DNA of 64,000 nucleotides from Sarea resinae. Taxonomy: Eukaryota. This document shows, in pieces, positions 49,370 to 62,655 of this stretch. The position numbers and the translations under genes are program-made. Every line of letters starts with the position of its first letter. Position 1 is the stretch's first letter. Below the pieces are notes generated by a model that worked only from the letters and a program-made list of their open reading frames with translations, made no database searches and was not told the DNA's origin. The stretch lies in contig JAPEUD010000003.1 in the NCBI GenBank assembly GCA_026026165.1, positions 62,001-126,000 of the forward strand. Reading direction: 5' to 3'.

Positions 49370-50820
49370 ATGCGACACTCAACCGAAGGCCTCGAACGGG
49401 CTATAATGGTTCCTTTCCGGCCGTACTCTCACCTCCTCCACCGCGCAAATACCGACACACGACGGAGTGAGCGGACCCCGTTCACATCTTTCCCGAATGT
49501 ATCAACCTCTCGACTCGCACTGCAGCCGCCCGATTACGATGCCGCCACCGAGGCCAAAACAAGGCGAAACTCCGATACTACGTTTCTAGAAGAAGGGCGA
49601 GAACAGCTCCCTACTTACTCATGTGCCATTGCCGCTGAAGGGGTTTTGCATCTCAAGACGGAACGCCATGACCCGTTCAATCGAGCCGATGGGCGTTCTT
49701 GGACCAAAGTCTTTGTTGTGCTTAGAGGCACAGTATTGAACATTCATCATGTCCGATCTGCTCGGTTCTTCCGCGGACTTCGTAAAATTCCTGAAGATTC
49801 AGGTGAATGGATTCCCGGACAGTTGATCAAGAGTTATACATTGCAATACGCTGAGGTCGGGTTGGCCAATGACTACACAAAGTACGTTTCCATCCTCCTT
49901 GATGTGCTCATCAAACTGACATTTGAAGACGGCCTTTCTGCTTCCGCGTGCGTGCAGAAACCGAACAGTTTCTACTAGGCTGCTCTAGTATGGAAGCAAC
50001 TGTAGTGTGGCTGGAAAGATTAGGGTCGGCCATTGACTTGGCCTTGCCTCTGGACGAACGACGTCTACCAAGATACAGGACCATCCCGTGGCGGAGATCG
50101 AGGCGAGCGAACACGCACCATCATCATCAGGCAATAGGTGGAGCGCCGTCAGAGTACGGCCAGATTGATCGAGCCTTAGCAGAGGCCTACGCCCAGGCAG
50201 TCATCACCCCAGAAGTCGGCGCCCTTCATAGTGCCCCCGAACAGAGCGTGCTCATTCGCTCCTTTTCCGAGGGTCAAAGCCCGGCCGCGTTAGACGATCC
50301 GCATGCCCTCCACTACTCATTCTCAGCACCGACCGCAGATCCTGATGAGATTTCACCTATCCGCGAGAATGAGCCGTCGACCCCTCAAAAGGATAAATGG
50401 CACCCAAAGCACAATACTTCGCAAGCTCGCCAGCTCCGCTATGCGCACCGTTGTATGCCTGTCCTGCAGTTCGACTCCAAGCGCCAGTCCGAGATCGTCG
50501 TCAGCAATGGTCAGCGGTTCACCATTGATCCGGTCGGGAAAAAACTTGACCCCTATGATCCGTGCCCGCCCACTTACGAAGAAGGCGAGCCCTCGGATGA
50601 TATGGCAAGACCCGTGGCCTTGCATCCAACCTCGAGCGCAGAAGTTCACCCGGAGGAGGATACTATCGAATATGCCGAAAATCCCGGGCCTCTTCGAGAT
50701 AGCACCGGCAGTGGTGGTGGCCAAGAGCGGAAGCGGCTGGGCCGACTGAAGTCCATGTTCGAGGGATCTGGATCTGGTGTCCTCGAAGACTTGAGCGTGA
50801 TGAGCCTGTATGTTTTCTGA
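49370..50820 (+). CDS. PH-domain protein (YHR131C/YNL144C-like) with PY motifs; 2 exons
   Basis: LPTYSCAI..EGVL..KTE, RSWTKVFVVLRGTVL, SYTLQYAEVGLANDYTK|intron 49882-49928|RPFCFRVRAETEQFLL...WLE...AIDLALPLDER. Start codon uncertain (49370 or 49406). Confidence 0.85.
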
Positions 50821-51753
50821 GTTCACCTATTTACCCGTCGAACCAGCGTGGCGTTAAGAGGATGGAAAGCAGGTGAATTTTTTGTTTCATGTTGGCGCGC
50901 AAGCTATTATGACGATGACGACGAACGATTACTATCATGACGAGGCTCTCGGGGCTTGATCTTCTGAAGCGGTCTCAAGGAGATGACCTGCTGGTGGATT
51001 GTGCTATATCCGGCTATTTAAGGGGCGTTAATCATTGTTAGCTGGTCGACCGGATTTCTCGGCCAGCTGCTCGTGGGTTGTGTGCATTAGCGAGCATCGC
51101 CGCAGCACCCTTTTTCTCTATTGTGCCTTCTTCCAAAATCTTCTTTGATACCATTTACACTCGCTGATTCTTTGCTCATTCAAACATCTGTACTATTTCA
51201 AACAAGCCAGGTCTCGGATCCCATGTTTCTCTTCTTGAGGGCCCGCCTGGAAGTCTTGCCGGCAGCATTATACCACTACTAGCCTCTCGTTTTCTTTCCA
51301 TTTTTCTCCCCATTTCACATATATCCTTACCCATCTAAGTCTGCCTGTTAGTAGGTAGGATGAATTCAGTTTCCGTTTTCTTTTTCCGGTGTCGTAACGG
51401 AAGTCAACAAGACGATCGCACAGACCGAACAACATATCTTGGTCGCTGAAGCGTGAAATGTCGAAGAGCAGCCGTGATGGAATTAGACTGGCACTCTAAA
51501 CAAAAGCACAGATGCCGAATGAGATGCACTCCTGACGGGAATAACTTGACTCCCCCAATTCAACCCCTATAGAAAAGACGCTTCCTTTTAACGCCATCCA
51601 TGATCCAGACCGTCCCATCATACAGCACCTGTACCGTTTGCTCTGATCCCTTCATCATCATCATCATCATCATCAGGAGTCCAAATCCAAGCCCCACGTC
51701 CCCGAAAAGCCAAAAAGAAAAAGCCACAGCAAACACCAACCGCTCATCTCATC

Positions 51754-53154
51754 TCACCCCGCGCCCCGCCCGCCCGGGCCAGCAGCCCGAAGGATATCCC
51801 CATCGATCTCCAATGCCTCGATCTCCAGCCCTATTCTCTTCCCGCCTTCTTTTTCTTCTTCTTCTTCTCCTGGCACCACGACGCCGTCGACCATGGCCGC
51901 CGCGGCGCCCTCGAGATCGCGCACCACGCCCTCGACGCCCGCGACCAGCGCCTCGATCTCTCGCCGCTGCGTCTCGATGCTGGAGAGCAGGGCCGCGTTC
52001 TGCGATTGGACCGTCTGCAGTTTGGCGTTCAGGAGCGATTGGTGCTGCGAGAGGAACGGGGCCAGGTGTGCGTGGTAGTGCGTCGGTGGCGGGAGGAGGT
52101 GTGGTCTGTGTTGGGGGCGGGGGATGTCGCGGGTTAGTTGTGGTTTGGTAGATTGGCTTGTGCGGGTTTGGGGTAAAAGGGCAGGGAGGGACAGGAGCTA
52201 AGGCTTGGAGAGAGGCGGGGGGGGGGGGGGTTTGAGACGATGCCGAGGCTTGATAGGGGGGTAGGGAGCGGGGAGGCGGCGGTGAAGTGTGCGGGAATTT
52301 ATTCTGGGCAGAGGCGCGGGGGTGGAACTTCGGGCGGAGTTCGGAGATTAGGGCATCAAATGCCGCTGGGAAAAATGTGTGGAAGACGTTTGACGAAACG
52401 AGCCAAAGGGAATGATTCGGGGTAGCTTACGCGACGGGCGCATCTGCGCTATTCTCGGAGGTGCTGGTGCTGGCGGCGCTGCGGGCTTTTCGTCGCGAGG
52501 CGTCGGATATGAGGCGGTCGAGCTCGTTGAGGTTGGCGATTACGGCGCGTTCGGTTAGGATGTCTTCGAATTCCGCCTGTGGTGTTTTCAATAGAGTGAG
52601 ACAATCAGCTAGTGAATCTCGTAGAAGCGATGATAGATGAGTAGGCAGGCTGTGAGGAAGATGTGTTGGCATCAGTCCCTCTATCCTCGGGCACAATGCT
52701 TTTCTGTGATGACTGAGACGTCGCAACGGCCGGTCTTCATCTCTGCAGCTTTTCTTCTTTCTTTCCTTCTTCCACCCCCATGAACCAAGATTCCATCTTA
52801 TTGCCCCCCGAACTCATTGTCATCGGAGAAACCCACCTTTGCAAGCTCCTCAAACCGGCCCGTCATGGCCCTCCACATCCCCTTCAGCGCCTCCGGAACC
52901 CGCTTCGCCGGCGTCGGGAAACACGCTGCGAAGTTCTCATACGAGCACTGCTTGAGCACATGGCTGAGCGCGCTGTTGAACAGATTCGTCAGCGCCGTTG
53001 CGCGTGGACCAGGCGACTGCGCGATGGGCGCTGGTGGGGGCGGGGAGGGGGAGTGTTGCTCGTGTTGCGCCTCCGAGTTGTCGGAGGCACTCAAGCCATC
53101 TAACGGTGGTGGCGGTGGTGCTGCGGCTACACTTGCGAGAGCCGTGCCTGGCAT
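51754..53154 (-). CDS. NNF1: MIND/Mis12 kinetochore complex subunit Nnf1; 3 exons
   Basis: PGPRATAL...CSYENFAACFPT...AK|intron 52577-52836|AEFEDILTERAVIANLNELDRLISDA|intron 52106-52430|PHLLPP...AHLAPFL...LNAKLQTVQSQN. Confidence 0.9.
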
Positions 53155-53948
53155 TGTGGGAGCAGTGCAGTGTGGGCTGGACGATGGGATGGAGGGTTGA
53201 GTGCCTGGGTATTGGCGGCCCTTGGATGTTTTGTTGTTGTTCTCCTAGTCGTCGTGTCGTAGGTGACCGCCCCAATGTGTTTCGCTTCGCTTCGCGCATC
53301 GCGTCGCAAAGATCTCCCTATCTGATCGCGTCTAAATGTCTAGCGCGCGTGTCATACCATGACTGCCGTCCTCGAGACACGCCTAACGTCTCTCGCGTTG
53401 ATGCACGATAGGCCTATCACCTAACATTTGAGACACGTAGACATTATTGAAGGTGCTCCAGGTAGCTTTTCACGGTCGATCAGGTAATCAATTCATGTTA
53501 AAATGAATGATCATAAGGTAATGTCTGAAAGGTCTATCGATCGCTTTCATCTATGAAGTGCTTTCGAGGTTCCCACATGCAGGCTGCCTATGCGATTTAT
53601 AACCAGTTCATGACATGAAACGATTTCCCTATCCGTTAGTACTATAATGCTCTAGTACCTATAACTGTAACCCTTCCAATGCCTCGTTACAGTCTACTTG
53701 TCAATCCTCAAGCATAAACCACTGATGGCGCATGAGTAAATATACCTGATTGTAATTGAAGCAGCGTATGCCACATACCCAAGCACCGCACCATTGTTAT
53801 TTAACTCCTCATAAACTTCAATTGGCCAATTGCCTCACCACCGTCAACGCCAGTAAAACACAACCGTCTCACTGAGAAATTCCTCTGGCGGGGGCAGGAC
53901 ACCTTGCTGCGAAACGAAGAAAAGCCTAAGAGCTGATGCACACCTCCT

Positions 53949-55020
53949 CTAATGAGCATGTCCTCCGGCCGCTGCAACTGCAGCAGCTCCATCCACTGCA
54001 GGCCCACCACCAACAGCCCCAACGAATTCTCGATATCGGAAAACCTCACCCTTCTTTCCCACTCCATGCTTAGCAAAAGCCCTTCGCCCCGAGAAAGCCG
54101 AAACAACCTTCTCTACGTCGCGATGGGTCAGCGGCGTTTCTCCGGCTTCGGGGCTCGTGTGAAGAAGAGCGTCACGGAGCTCAGCAAGATCAATTTGCCC
54201 GCTATCGTCGTCATCGAATGCTTCAAATGCACTAGTAAGCTCGGTTGGGGGCGAAAGCGGGGCAAGGAGAGTGGCAAGCGTATTGAGAAAATTCGGGAGT
54301 GAGACAGTCTGAGGACTTCCTGATGGGAAAAACTTTGCAACGGAAGAGGCTGATGAATCTTGGCCTATGAGTTTCGGAATAAAATGTCAGTTAGATTAAA
54401 CGAGCGACTAGCTCTGTTTGAGATTGAGCTGTGCAAAAGGAACACTCATACCTAGGTTTGAGAGCATGTCGACCACGTCTTCCCGTGTGACCTGCCCATC
54501 ACCGTCACGATCAAGCAGCTGAAACGACTCCCTCATCTCTCGTAGCTGCTGCGGATTCAGTCTAGACATAGCATCTCCACGGAATTCTTGTCGACTTCTC
54601 AATGGCGAGTCATTCCCTGCGGCGCTTGCGGCGCGTGTAGGCGACGCCGGAAGCTCTCGCGATGCGGCCGTGGGCGTAAGGCCGCGAGGAGTTGACCAGC
54701 TGTTGATCGCATGCGGAGAGGTGCCAAGCCTTGTGGGAGTAAAGGAGGGCGTAGACGGCTTGACAGGGGAGGTCGTTGGAGTTGTTACCTGGTCTGTTGT
54801 AGGTGGTTGCTTGGTAGGGGATGAGACTGGCGTCGTGGCTCGGATCGTCGATGGTGAGGCCGGGGATTCTGGCCTTCGGAAAGGGGAGGTACGGGGAGAG
54901 CCAAAAGAGAGGGGAGAGGGCTTGTAGGGTGATGCGGGCTGTCAATTTTGCATGTCAGCTCGATCGTGGACGAGGTACTAGGGAATCGTCTGTCTAGACA
55001 TCCGCCGGGCGACATACCAT
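53949..55020 (-). CDS. EF-hand protein, myosin regulatory light chain (Rlc1/MrlC-like) with SP/TP-rich N-terminal extension; 3 exons
   Basis: ATG|intron 54939-55017|PASPYKPSPLSFGSPRTSPFRRP...QLREMRESFQLLDRDGDGQVTREDV|intron 54365-54451|...AFEAFDDDDSGQIDLAELRDAL...FRYREFV. Confidence 0.88.
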
Positions 55021-55852
55021 GCCTGCGTTCTCCGTAGCCCGTATTTCTGCGGATCAAGGGGCGCTCGATCAATCGAGCGGGATAGACTCTTCGAGATAGC
55101 GAGCTCAGTAAACTTTGAATGTGTGCTGTGGTGTCAGTTCAGAAAGAGATGGAGGCCGGACGCGTCTTGTATCGGGTCGATGATGCTTGATGGCGTAGAT
55201 GGATGGGTGTTTCTCCAACACGGAAGCGAGATGGGGTTACCTACACATACTACCGCATGAGGCATAATAGACGAGCACGAGGGCTCTGATCGATAAGCCT
55301 TGCGGGAGTGGCACCTTTGAGCTGCTGTTTGGCTCCCCTCTACTTCAGCCATGGTACCCTCGAGCCTCTGCACCGCTCCTGACACGCTTGTTCCTGGCGC
55401 GAGGATACCGGCAGATCAAGTATAGGTACGGCTTCATCGATTTGGCTTTCGCATTCGTCCACGCTATTCCTACATAGGGAGGACCCGGCTTGGACCCTGA
55501 GCAGACGAGCAGACGCGCAGGCACAACGACGGTCCATATCCCTCCTCTCGGACTTTTCCGTTCACCGCATCAGGGGCTTATCGAAGACACCATGATACGA
55601 GCTGGAGACGCAACTTCGGCAGTATCAACGGGCCCTTAAGATGTCGAGAGCGTGAAAGCATCAGCATGACTCTTATGCTCGCCTTTGGCTGACCGGACCG
55701 CCCTCACCCTTTTCCTCTCTTTCCCCTTCTATTCTTGTTCATGGCATCAAATCCTTAGCGTTGAGCGTTTCATCATTCCAATATCAGGCTGGCCTTTCTG
55801 AGGTCGACTGGTCGACGCAGTCTCGAATTCGTCTTTCTATTCTCATACCATC

Positions 55853-58405
55853 ATGGCCTCCACAGGCCCTCACCGGCCTGCGACAAATGATACGACCACC
55901 AGTTCCTCCGGCAGTCTCAATCACCAGGCCTCGTTCTCCTCCTTCCCTCGCTCTCGGTCCCCTTCAGCCACGTCGCGCGTCAACGGTTCCCATTCAAGGT
56001 CACCATATCCTCCGCCGATTCTCGACTCTGATGGCTCGTCGCATACTCCCTCAAGTCCATCTAGAGACTCGTCCTCGTCCGCAAAACATCACCGCAATGG
56101 GCGTCCGGCGAAAAGGTTAAAATCGCAATATCCGCCCAATCCTAGCGACCCTCATGTCGAATACATTCTTGTCGCCTCTTTCCACATAGATCGCGGTCCA
56201 ATAATGGAGCATCAATACCCTGGCCCAATCAGTGGAGATGAGCACATGCTGGCGGAGCTCATGTTGCCGGATCAGGCTCATGTACGAAATCAAGATTGGA
56301 CAATCTTTTTTTTGCACAAAGACACCAGTGCCGAAGATGAGAGAGCAGAACAAAGAGCGATAGAACGTTCCAAGCGTCGGAGAAAGAAAGAGCAGCGGCA
56401 ACAAGGTGTGGAAGGCGAAGAGGACGATGACAGAGAAGACATGGAGGAAGACGAATCGAGCGATTCTGATGCAATTTATGAGGGAGCTGAAGGGCCGCCC
56501 TTAATATATGTACTGAACTTGGTAAACACAAAGCAAGACTCGACGGTCAAAAGGTAAGGGCTATATCAATGAAGAGCACAGCGAAAGCTTTGGCTAATTG
56601 GTTGCAGAGGTGCAATAGTCAAGGCTATGGCAATTTGCACCCGCCATTCTTTCTTGCACATATATAAGGTACGACAAAACAAACGATCTAGTCAGATGTA
56701 TATTGACACATTAAGCCTCTTCTTCTACTTGCTCTAGAAGAGTACTTCAAGGCGCCTCATCCGGATACGCTGGCCTCTCTATACGACGCAGTCAACTCAA
56801 TGGACCTATCTTTGATGCCTCGTCTCACTCATCTGGAGCGTTATATTCTCCAAGCAACAGAGACGAAGGACATCTTTGTCGAAAAGTTCGACCAGATGAT
56901 CAAACAGCGCATGGCCGACGAGTTTGAAACTAATCATTCTCACTCCTCTACAGACTCTCCTTCCAAATCAAATACAGAGCTGGTGCGGATTGGTAGCAGA
57001 GGCTATTCTCTGCCTCGAGATACGCACGAATTTGAAACCCGTGTAATCTACCACGGTATTCCAATTCCAGTCAAGATACCGACAGCCATCTGGCCTGAGA
57101 CCGTTGGCGATTTTTCTCTCATCAAACTCATCCAAACGTTCTCCGCTCCTCATGCAACATCTCCTCAACCGTTCATGCTACACGCCCATCTCACCACCGC
57201 TGGTGCCTATACCCATCCCGTTCTCGTGCTTGTCAACGCCATGCTCACTCAAAAGCGAGTGATCTTTCTCGGTCACAATCGGCCTTCTGGTGAGGTGGCT
57301 GAGGCAGTCCTCGCTGCTTGCTCGTTGGCCTCGGGCGGCATTCTCAGGGGCTTCACTCGACACGCTTTTCCATATACCGATCTCACCAAAATCGACGATC
57401 TTTTGAAGGTGCCAGGTTTTATCGCCGGAGTGACTAATCCGGCGTTCGCCAATCACCCAGAATGGTGGGATCTTCTTTGTGACATTCCAACTGGTCGAAT
57501 GAAGATCAGCAACCGAATACAACCAGCACCAGTCACGGAAGGGCTGATGTACTTTCAACAGCAGAACCCGGCGCATGTTAACGGCATGATGGGAGGACCG
57601 GCTAGTCCAGGAGCAGATCCTACGGGCGACCAGGTCTTTATGGACGACGTCCTGAGAAGTATTGCAAATAGATATGGAGAAGGAACAATTAGAGCCAAGT
57701 GGCGTGATTGGGTCGTCAAATTTTGCAGAATCTCGGCGACTTTCGAAGAGAGTGTTTATGGTACCAGTGCGCTGTATATTGGTGGGCAGCAAGCGGATGC
57801 TGGAGCCGGCGGTGTCTCGGGCCATGGTTATGTTTGGCCCGACGAGGCTACCAAGCAGAGAGAGCTAGCTGGCAGCGTAAGTCGTATCGAGGGATGGAGG
57901 AATACAAGAAGCTACTATAGCTTCATCCAGGTATGTCCGGTTGACTTGCTATAAGGTCTCCCTTGACTAATCTTCTCAGGATCTCGCTTTCATGTACAAC
58001 GCGAATCCAATCACACATATTGACTTGCGACATCAACATGAGCGTTTGCGGATGCAGAAGCTCTCCCATACCGAATCCGCGGCAATCTATCTTGCTTTTA
58101 GCTCCGCCATCCGCTCGTACGACGAGATTTGCCAATTTCTTACCGTCACACCAGAGAGCCACGCAGGACTCTTTTACCTCAGTCTCGGGCTCTTCCATCC
58201 AAGATCCGATGTAAGAGAACAGACGGTAGGACTGCTCCAGCGGATCATGGAGCATGAAGCTGGCAAGCACTTCTGGGCGCAGCTGGGCAGGTTCGCAAAG
58301 CTGGCTTATATGAGGGTCAAGAGGGAGGGAGAGGCCAAGGGAACGATGAGGGAGCCATCTCGCAGCATTGACGGAAGGATTCTCGGCCCGACAAGAGTGA
58401 GTTGA
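55853..58405 (+). CDS. mesA: MesA/Afi1 (DENN-like polarity-axis stabilisation protein); 4 exons
   Basis: [76 protein letters not shown]; introns 56554-56607, 56669-56715, 57931-57979. Confidence 0.93.
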
Positions 58406-59288
58406 GGCGTGATCAACATGACGACGGAGTTGCATTGGAAAAGGGTTTAGTATGCGATGTTGCGAGAACGGATGCGGTTCCGTGGATATATGAGTCTCGG
58501 ACTTTTCTTGGATATATGCTCTCATTTTCATGCATGCTGTTCAGACTCGGATGTACACAAAGATTCTGGTATCTCCCAATGGCTCATGTGCCTGAATGCT
58601 ACCTCGCCGACCGCAAGTCCTTTTCTATGAGCCGCAGTCAACGTCTCCCTTCAGCCCTACACCGTACGCTCTAGAAAGGGATCTGTAGACAGGCCCAACG
58701 CCAGCTCATTTCATGCCAGCGTCTTGTCAAGGAGCGGTCTCACTTGGATTTCCTGCCCGTACCACATCCGGACGAGGTCAAACGGCATACCTGTATACCT
58801 TACAGTGCTCATGTCTGGCGTGGTCAGGCCTCCGTCGGGCCGGATCCCGATCGCCCTCGTGTCTCGTATGGTAGTAAGAGGTGTCTCTTCACCGAGCCAC
58901 CAGCAACACCGGTCTGTTAGTCCAATGTGCCACCGATCTCGGTCATGCCAACCGCCCAAGCCCCGTACACGCATCAAGTCTCGTCGACGATGCACCCTTT
59001 CCAGCCTTACGTAGTCGATTGTCGAGTATCCTGTGGCACCATGGACGGGCCTGGACGCGTGTTCTCTCACCTCTCTGGAGCTGGGTCGCACAGCTGCTGG
59101 GCTCTGGTATCGATTCGAGAGAGGCGATGGGCCGGTTGTTCTTTGATTCTGCGAATGGCGGGCGACGAGCGTGTGGGTCGTCGGTGCCACTTTCCCGATC
59201 TATTGGACGTAGATTACCTTACGTATCTGTCATGGCAAGAGCTCGAGGGGCAAATGGATAATCGAGGGGAATTGGATGGGGAATACGA

Positions 59289-59327
59289 AGATTGGAATTG
59301 GGATTGGGATTGGGATTGGGATTGGGG
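59289..59327. repeat. (GGGATT)n-type hexamer repeat
   Basis: GATTGGAATTGGGATTGGGATTGGGATTGGGGATTGGGG read directly. Confidence 0.85.
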
Positions 59328-60883
59328 CATGGGGAACGGGCATGTCCGTGTCTGTCTGGCGTGAGGTCCGGTGCGGGCGCAGAGGGTAGGGTAGGGTTAG
59401 GCTGGACGGTCCGAAGGAAGGAAACCGGCCAGAGAAGATAACTGGAGATGCCTTTGTCCTGGGAGCCGACGGGCATGAAAAGTCGAATGCGCACATACTA
59501 CAGTACATACACAGTAAGGTAGCTTGCCCAGACGATTCGGATCGCGTTCTAGGCTCTCTGCTCATGGTCTCTTCGAAGCGAGGGGTCTGGTGCAGCTTCA
59601 CGGCCAAAGACCAAAGGCGCCGTCTACTCGGAGTAGAGGTCATGGTCACTGCCACTCATACTGATCTGGTAAGGTGTGTGCTCCGGAGTAGATGAGCACC
59701 GCTCGCGGCCAACGGCTGGATGGGCTGACGATCGATAGACGCTGTCCTCGAGGATGATCTCGATCGCGGACTCGACATGGAAAAGCTCATTTCAGCGGTC
59801 GGGCAAGAGAGGCAAGGGGAAAAGCGACATGGGCTTTCCCGAACGTGCATGAAAATCAATAATGCAGCAATGCGCACCGCGTAGAGCTGCTTCGCGCTGC
59901 TTGGCGCTGCTTGGAACCGCTTCCCTTGGCCCTGCTTAGCCACCGCCGCGAGCTGTTTTGGGACGTGGTTCAGGCACAACGTCTGCGATCGACCTCGATC
60001 GAGCGCAGCCACTAGCCGCATCCTCTCTGTCTCTCTTCTTGTTTCCCTGTTTCCCCTGAGACTTCTCTACTTGGACTTCGCTCTGCGCACATGGCACCCG
60101 CATGGCAAAGTTGCTCTCCCTTGCATGACTGCAGGAGTGCTATCGCGACTCTGAGTGCCTCAGGTACCGTGGGTGGTGAGGGCTTCAGCGGCTCCCAATC
60201 CGTACTAGCTCTTCCGATGTCTTGATTGTTGTCCCCTGGAACAGCCCTGGAGCGTCCGAGGGGCCGTCCGTCGGCACCGTCCCCATGAGTCGACGGCGTC
60301 AGCGCGTGGCTTGAAGGCTGCCTCTCTTCGGCCGAGTGGGCTTATTGGCGTCTCTGGTTCGGGTTAGAGAGGGTCAGGGAGGAAGCCCCCGGGGCGGCCT
60401 CAGAGACATCGCAGACCACCACGGTTGGGTACCGACTCGGCGCTCGTTGCGGAGACGTTCGCTCGACTGCATGACCTACGCTACTCCGTCGCACATCCTT
60501 TTCCCCCCCATTTCCCTCTTCTCCTCCCTTCGATCTACTGAAGTACTCGCCCCAGAACCGGACCATCTCGTCAAGTCGACGCCTGCAGCAAATCTGTCGG
60601 CGGGGAAGAAGGCGGATGCAGCGAAGGAGGAGAGTCTGATTATCCGACTGATATAACATCGTTTAACCGCGCACTCGCTGCCCATCACCTTCGTTGTCGA
60701 ACCGGCCCTGACCCTGAAGCCGCACGCTCTTTTGCACATATCTTGTACGACCATCGATCGTCGAGCGCACCGCCGGCTGCATCTTCGGCTTCGACGCTTC
60801 GCCACGACCGTACGAAGTCACGACGACCCGGTTGGCTCTCTTCTGGCCATGCAGGATATCACCAACTGGACTCGCTCTTTGCA

Positions 60884-62111
60884 ATGACGCCGTTAGACCA
60901 TCCAACTTGGTCTTCTGCCACGTCTCTGGCCCTTGCTATCCCCGCTCGCTCTTCGTGTCGGCCTCGTCAACGGCCCTCTCTCCCTTTCTCTCGGTTCTTG
61001 CTTTCTCTTGCCTGTCTATGGCTCATCTGCAGTACTACGTTTGCATCCGAAAGTCCAATTCGGTACGGCGAGTTGAAGCAGTCTCTCGATCCGTTGGCGC
61101 AGACAGGGGGTCTTTTCATCGACCGGCGGCCTTCACCTCATGACCTCCATCACGGGTTCCTGCATCGCCGACAATCTTCATCCTCGTTGGCGCCACCGTC
61201 CGACGGCGGCATTGCGGCAAACTCGACGGCGACCGCGATCCCCCTGACGGAAGACCAAGAATCATCCAGCTCCTCACTGCCGCGTCCTTTTGATACGAGC
61301 CTCGGCAATAATTTCACGAGTTCGACCTGTCCCGATTTCTTCAACGTTTTCCTGGCCAATTCCACTTTCCAGTCTTGTCTGCCTTTGTCGCTGCTTCTTC
61401 AGGTAGGCTGTCTCGTTTCATCCAGTTTGCGCGGCCGACTGACCGAAATCATAGAACTCGAATTCGTTCTTCACCGCATCCAAATCCCTCGTTCGCATCA
61501 CTCAAACTCTCGACGCATCATGCAACGTGGAACTCTCCACCTGTAGCGCCGTCATGAACTCGTTAGCCATGCAAATCCGCGAAGACATCAATTGCGGCGC
61601 CGACTACCGTCTACAAAATCCTATCGTCATACAAGCTTACAACGGATTGGTCGCATATGATCCTCTTTACCATGCAGGGTGCTTGAAAGACTCCAACAAT
61701 AACTATTGTGCGCCCTCCCTCTTCAAGACCTGCCCTCGATTGTCCCTATTGACCAAACTCACAGGCTTCGCCAACGCCGTCACCAACACCTCCTCTCCCT
61801 CGGACTCGTACATATACTACCTTGCCCTCGGCATCGCGCTTCCCGGCGGGCTAACACCAACCTGCAACATGTGCTTGCAGAACACCATGGCCATCTTGAG
61901 CGCCGCGGCAGCCAACACCTCGCAGCCCGTCAGTACCGATTACGCCGCTGCGGCCCAAGAGCTGGACGTCGGATGTGGGCCGTCGTTTGCCAACTCGACC
62001 ATTTCACGCGTGGTCAAAGGCAGTGACGGCAGAAGCCTACCGGTGCCGTCTTTTGCTGGCATCGTCGGCGTCGCAATTGGCACGGCCATGGTGGCCGTCC
62101 TGGTGGGCTGA
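60884..62111 (+). CDS. Cys-rich secreted, probably GPI-anchored fungal protein of unknown function; 3 exons
   Basis: Hydrophobic signal segment FLLSLACLWLICSTTFA; PRPFDTSLGNNFTSSTCPDFF...CLPLSLLLQ; introns 61403-61454 and 61708-61764; hydrophobic C-terminus GIVGVAIGTAMVAVLVG. Confidence 0.85.
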
Positions 62112-62622
62112 GCGGGAACTGTTGCATCATTCGCCCGTCCGTGGACTCCTACTATTATTCCTTCTCCTGCACATTCGATTTGGCGTTTGCAACTATACCA
62201 GCCCTCGGAGCCTTGCGACCGCTCATTTCTTTTCCTCTTCTCCATTAGACGGATACCCCTTTTCTTTTTCTCGGCGATCCGTTCGGAACCCCCCTTTTTC
62301 TGGCGCCCTTACCGCCCTGCCTGCACTTTTAATCTCATCTCACCTCACCTAATCTACGAACATGATTCTTCCCGCCGCCCATCTTCCATACACGGTTGAC
62401 TGGACTCGTCGCCTTTCGTCGCCCCTTCTTTTTTTACACCTTGACGAGCCCCCCCACCAACGATCTCATCCCCTTTTATTTAGAACGTTCTCTATCACGA
62501 ATTTTCTTTCCATTTTTTTTTCCAATCGTCAAGTCTTTCCTTCCTTCATCAGTCGCCCTTTTATATCGTTCACTACAGAGCCAGCGAGCAGGCGAGGCAG
62601 GAGGCAGGAGGCAGATGGGCCA

Positions 62623-62623
62623 T

Positions 62624-62655
<32 letters not shown>
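62623..62655. repeat. (GGAGCC)n hexamer repeat
   Basis: About five tandem copies; a (GA)-rich tract follows at about 62815-62878. Confidence 0.9.

Noticed and set aside
46122..58405. PHO85, NNF1, myosin light chain and MesA as a functional cell-division gene cluster
   Set aside because: These are conserved housekeeping genes with unrelated genes interspersed; nothing in the sequence shows co-regulation.
59289..59327. Telomere-like interpretation of (GGGATT)n
   Set aside because: GGGATT is TTAGGG read backwards, not its reverse complement (CCCTAA), so it is not a telomeric repeat on either strand.
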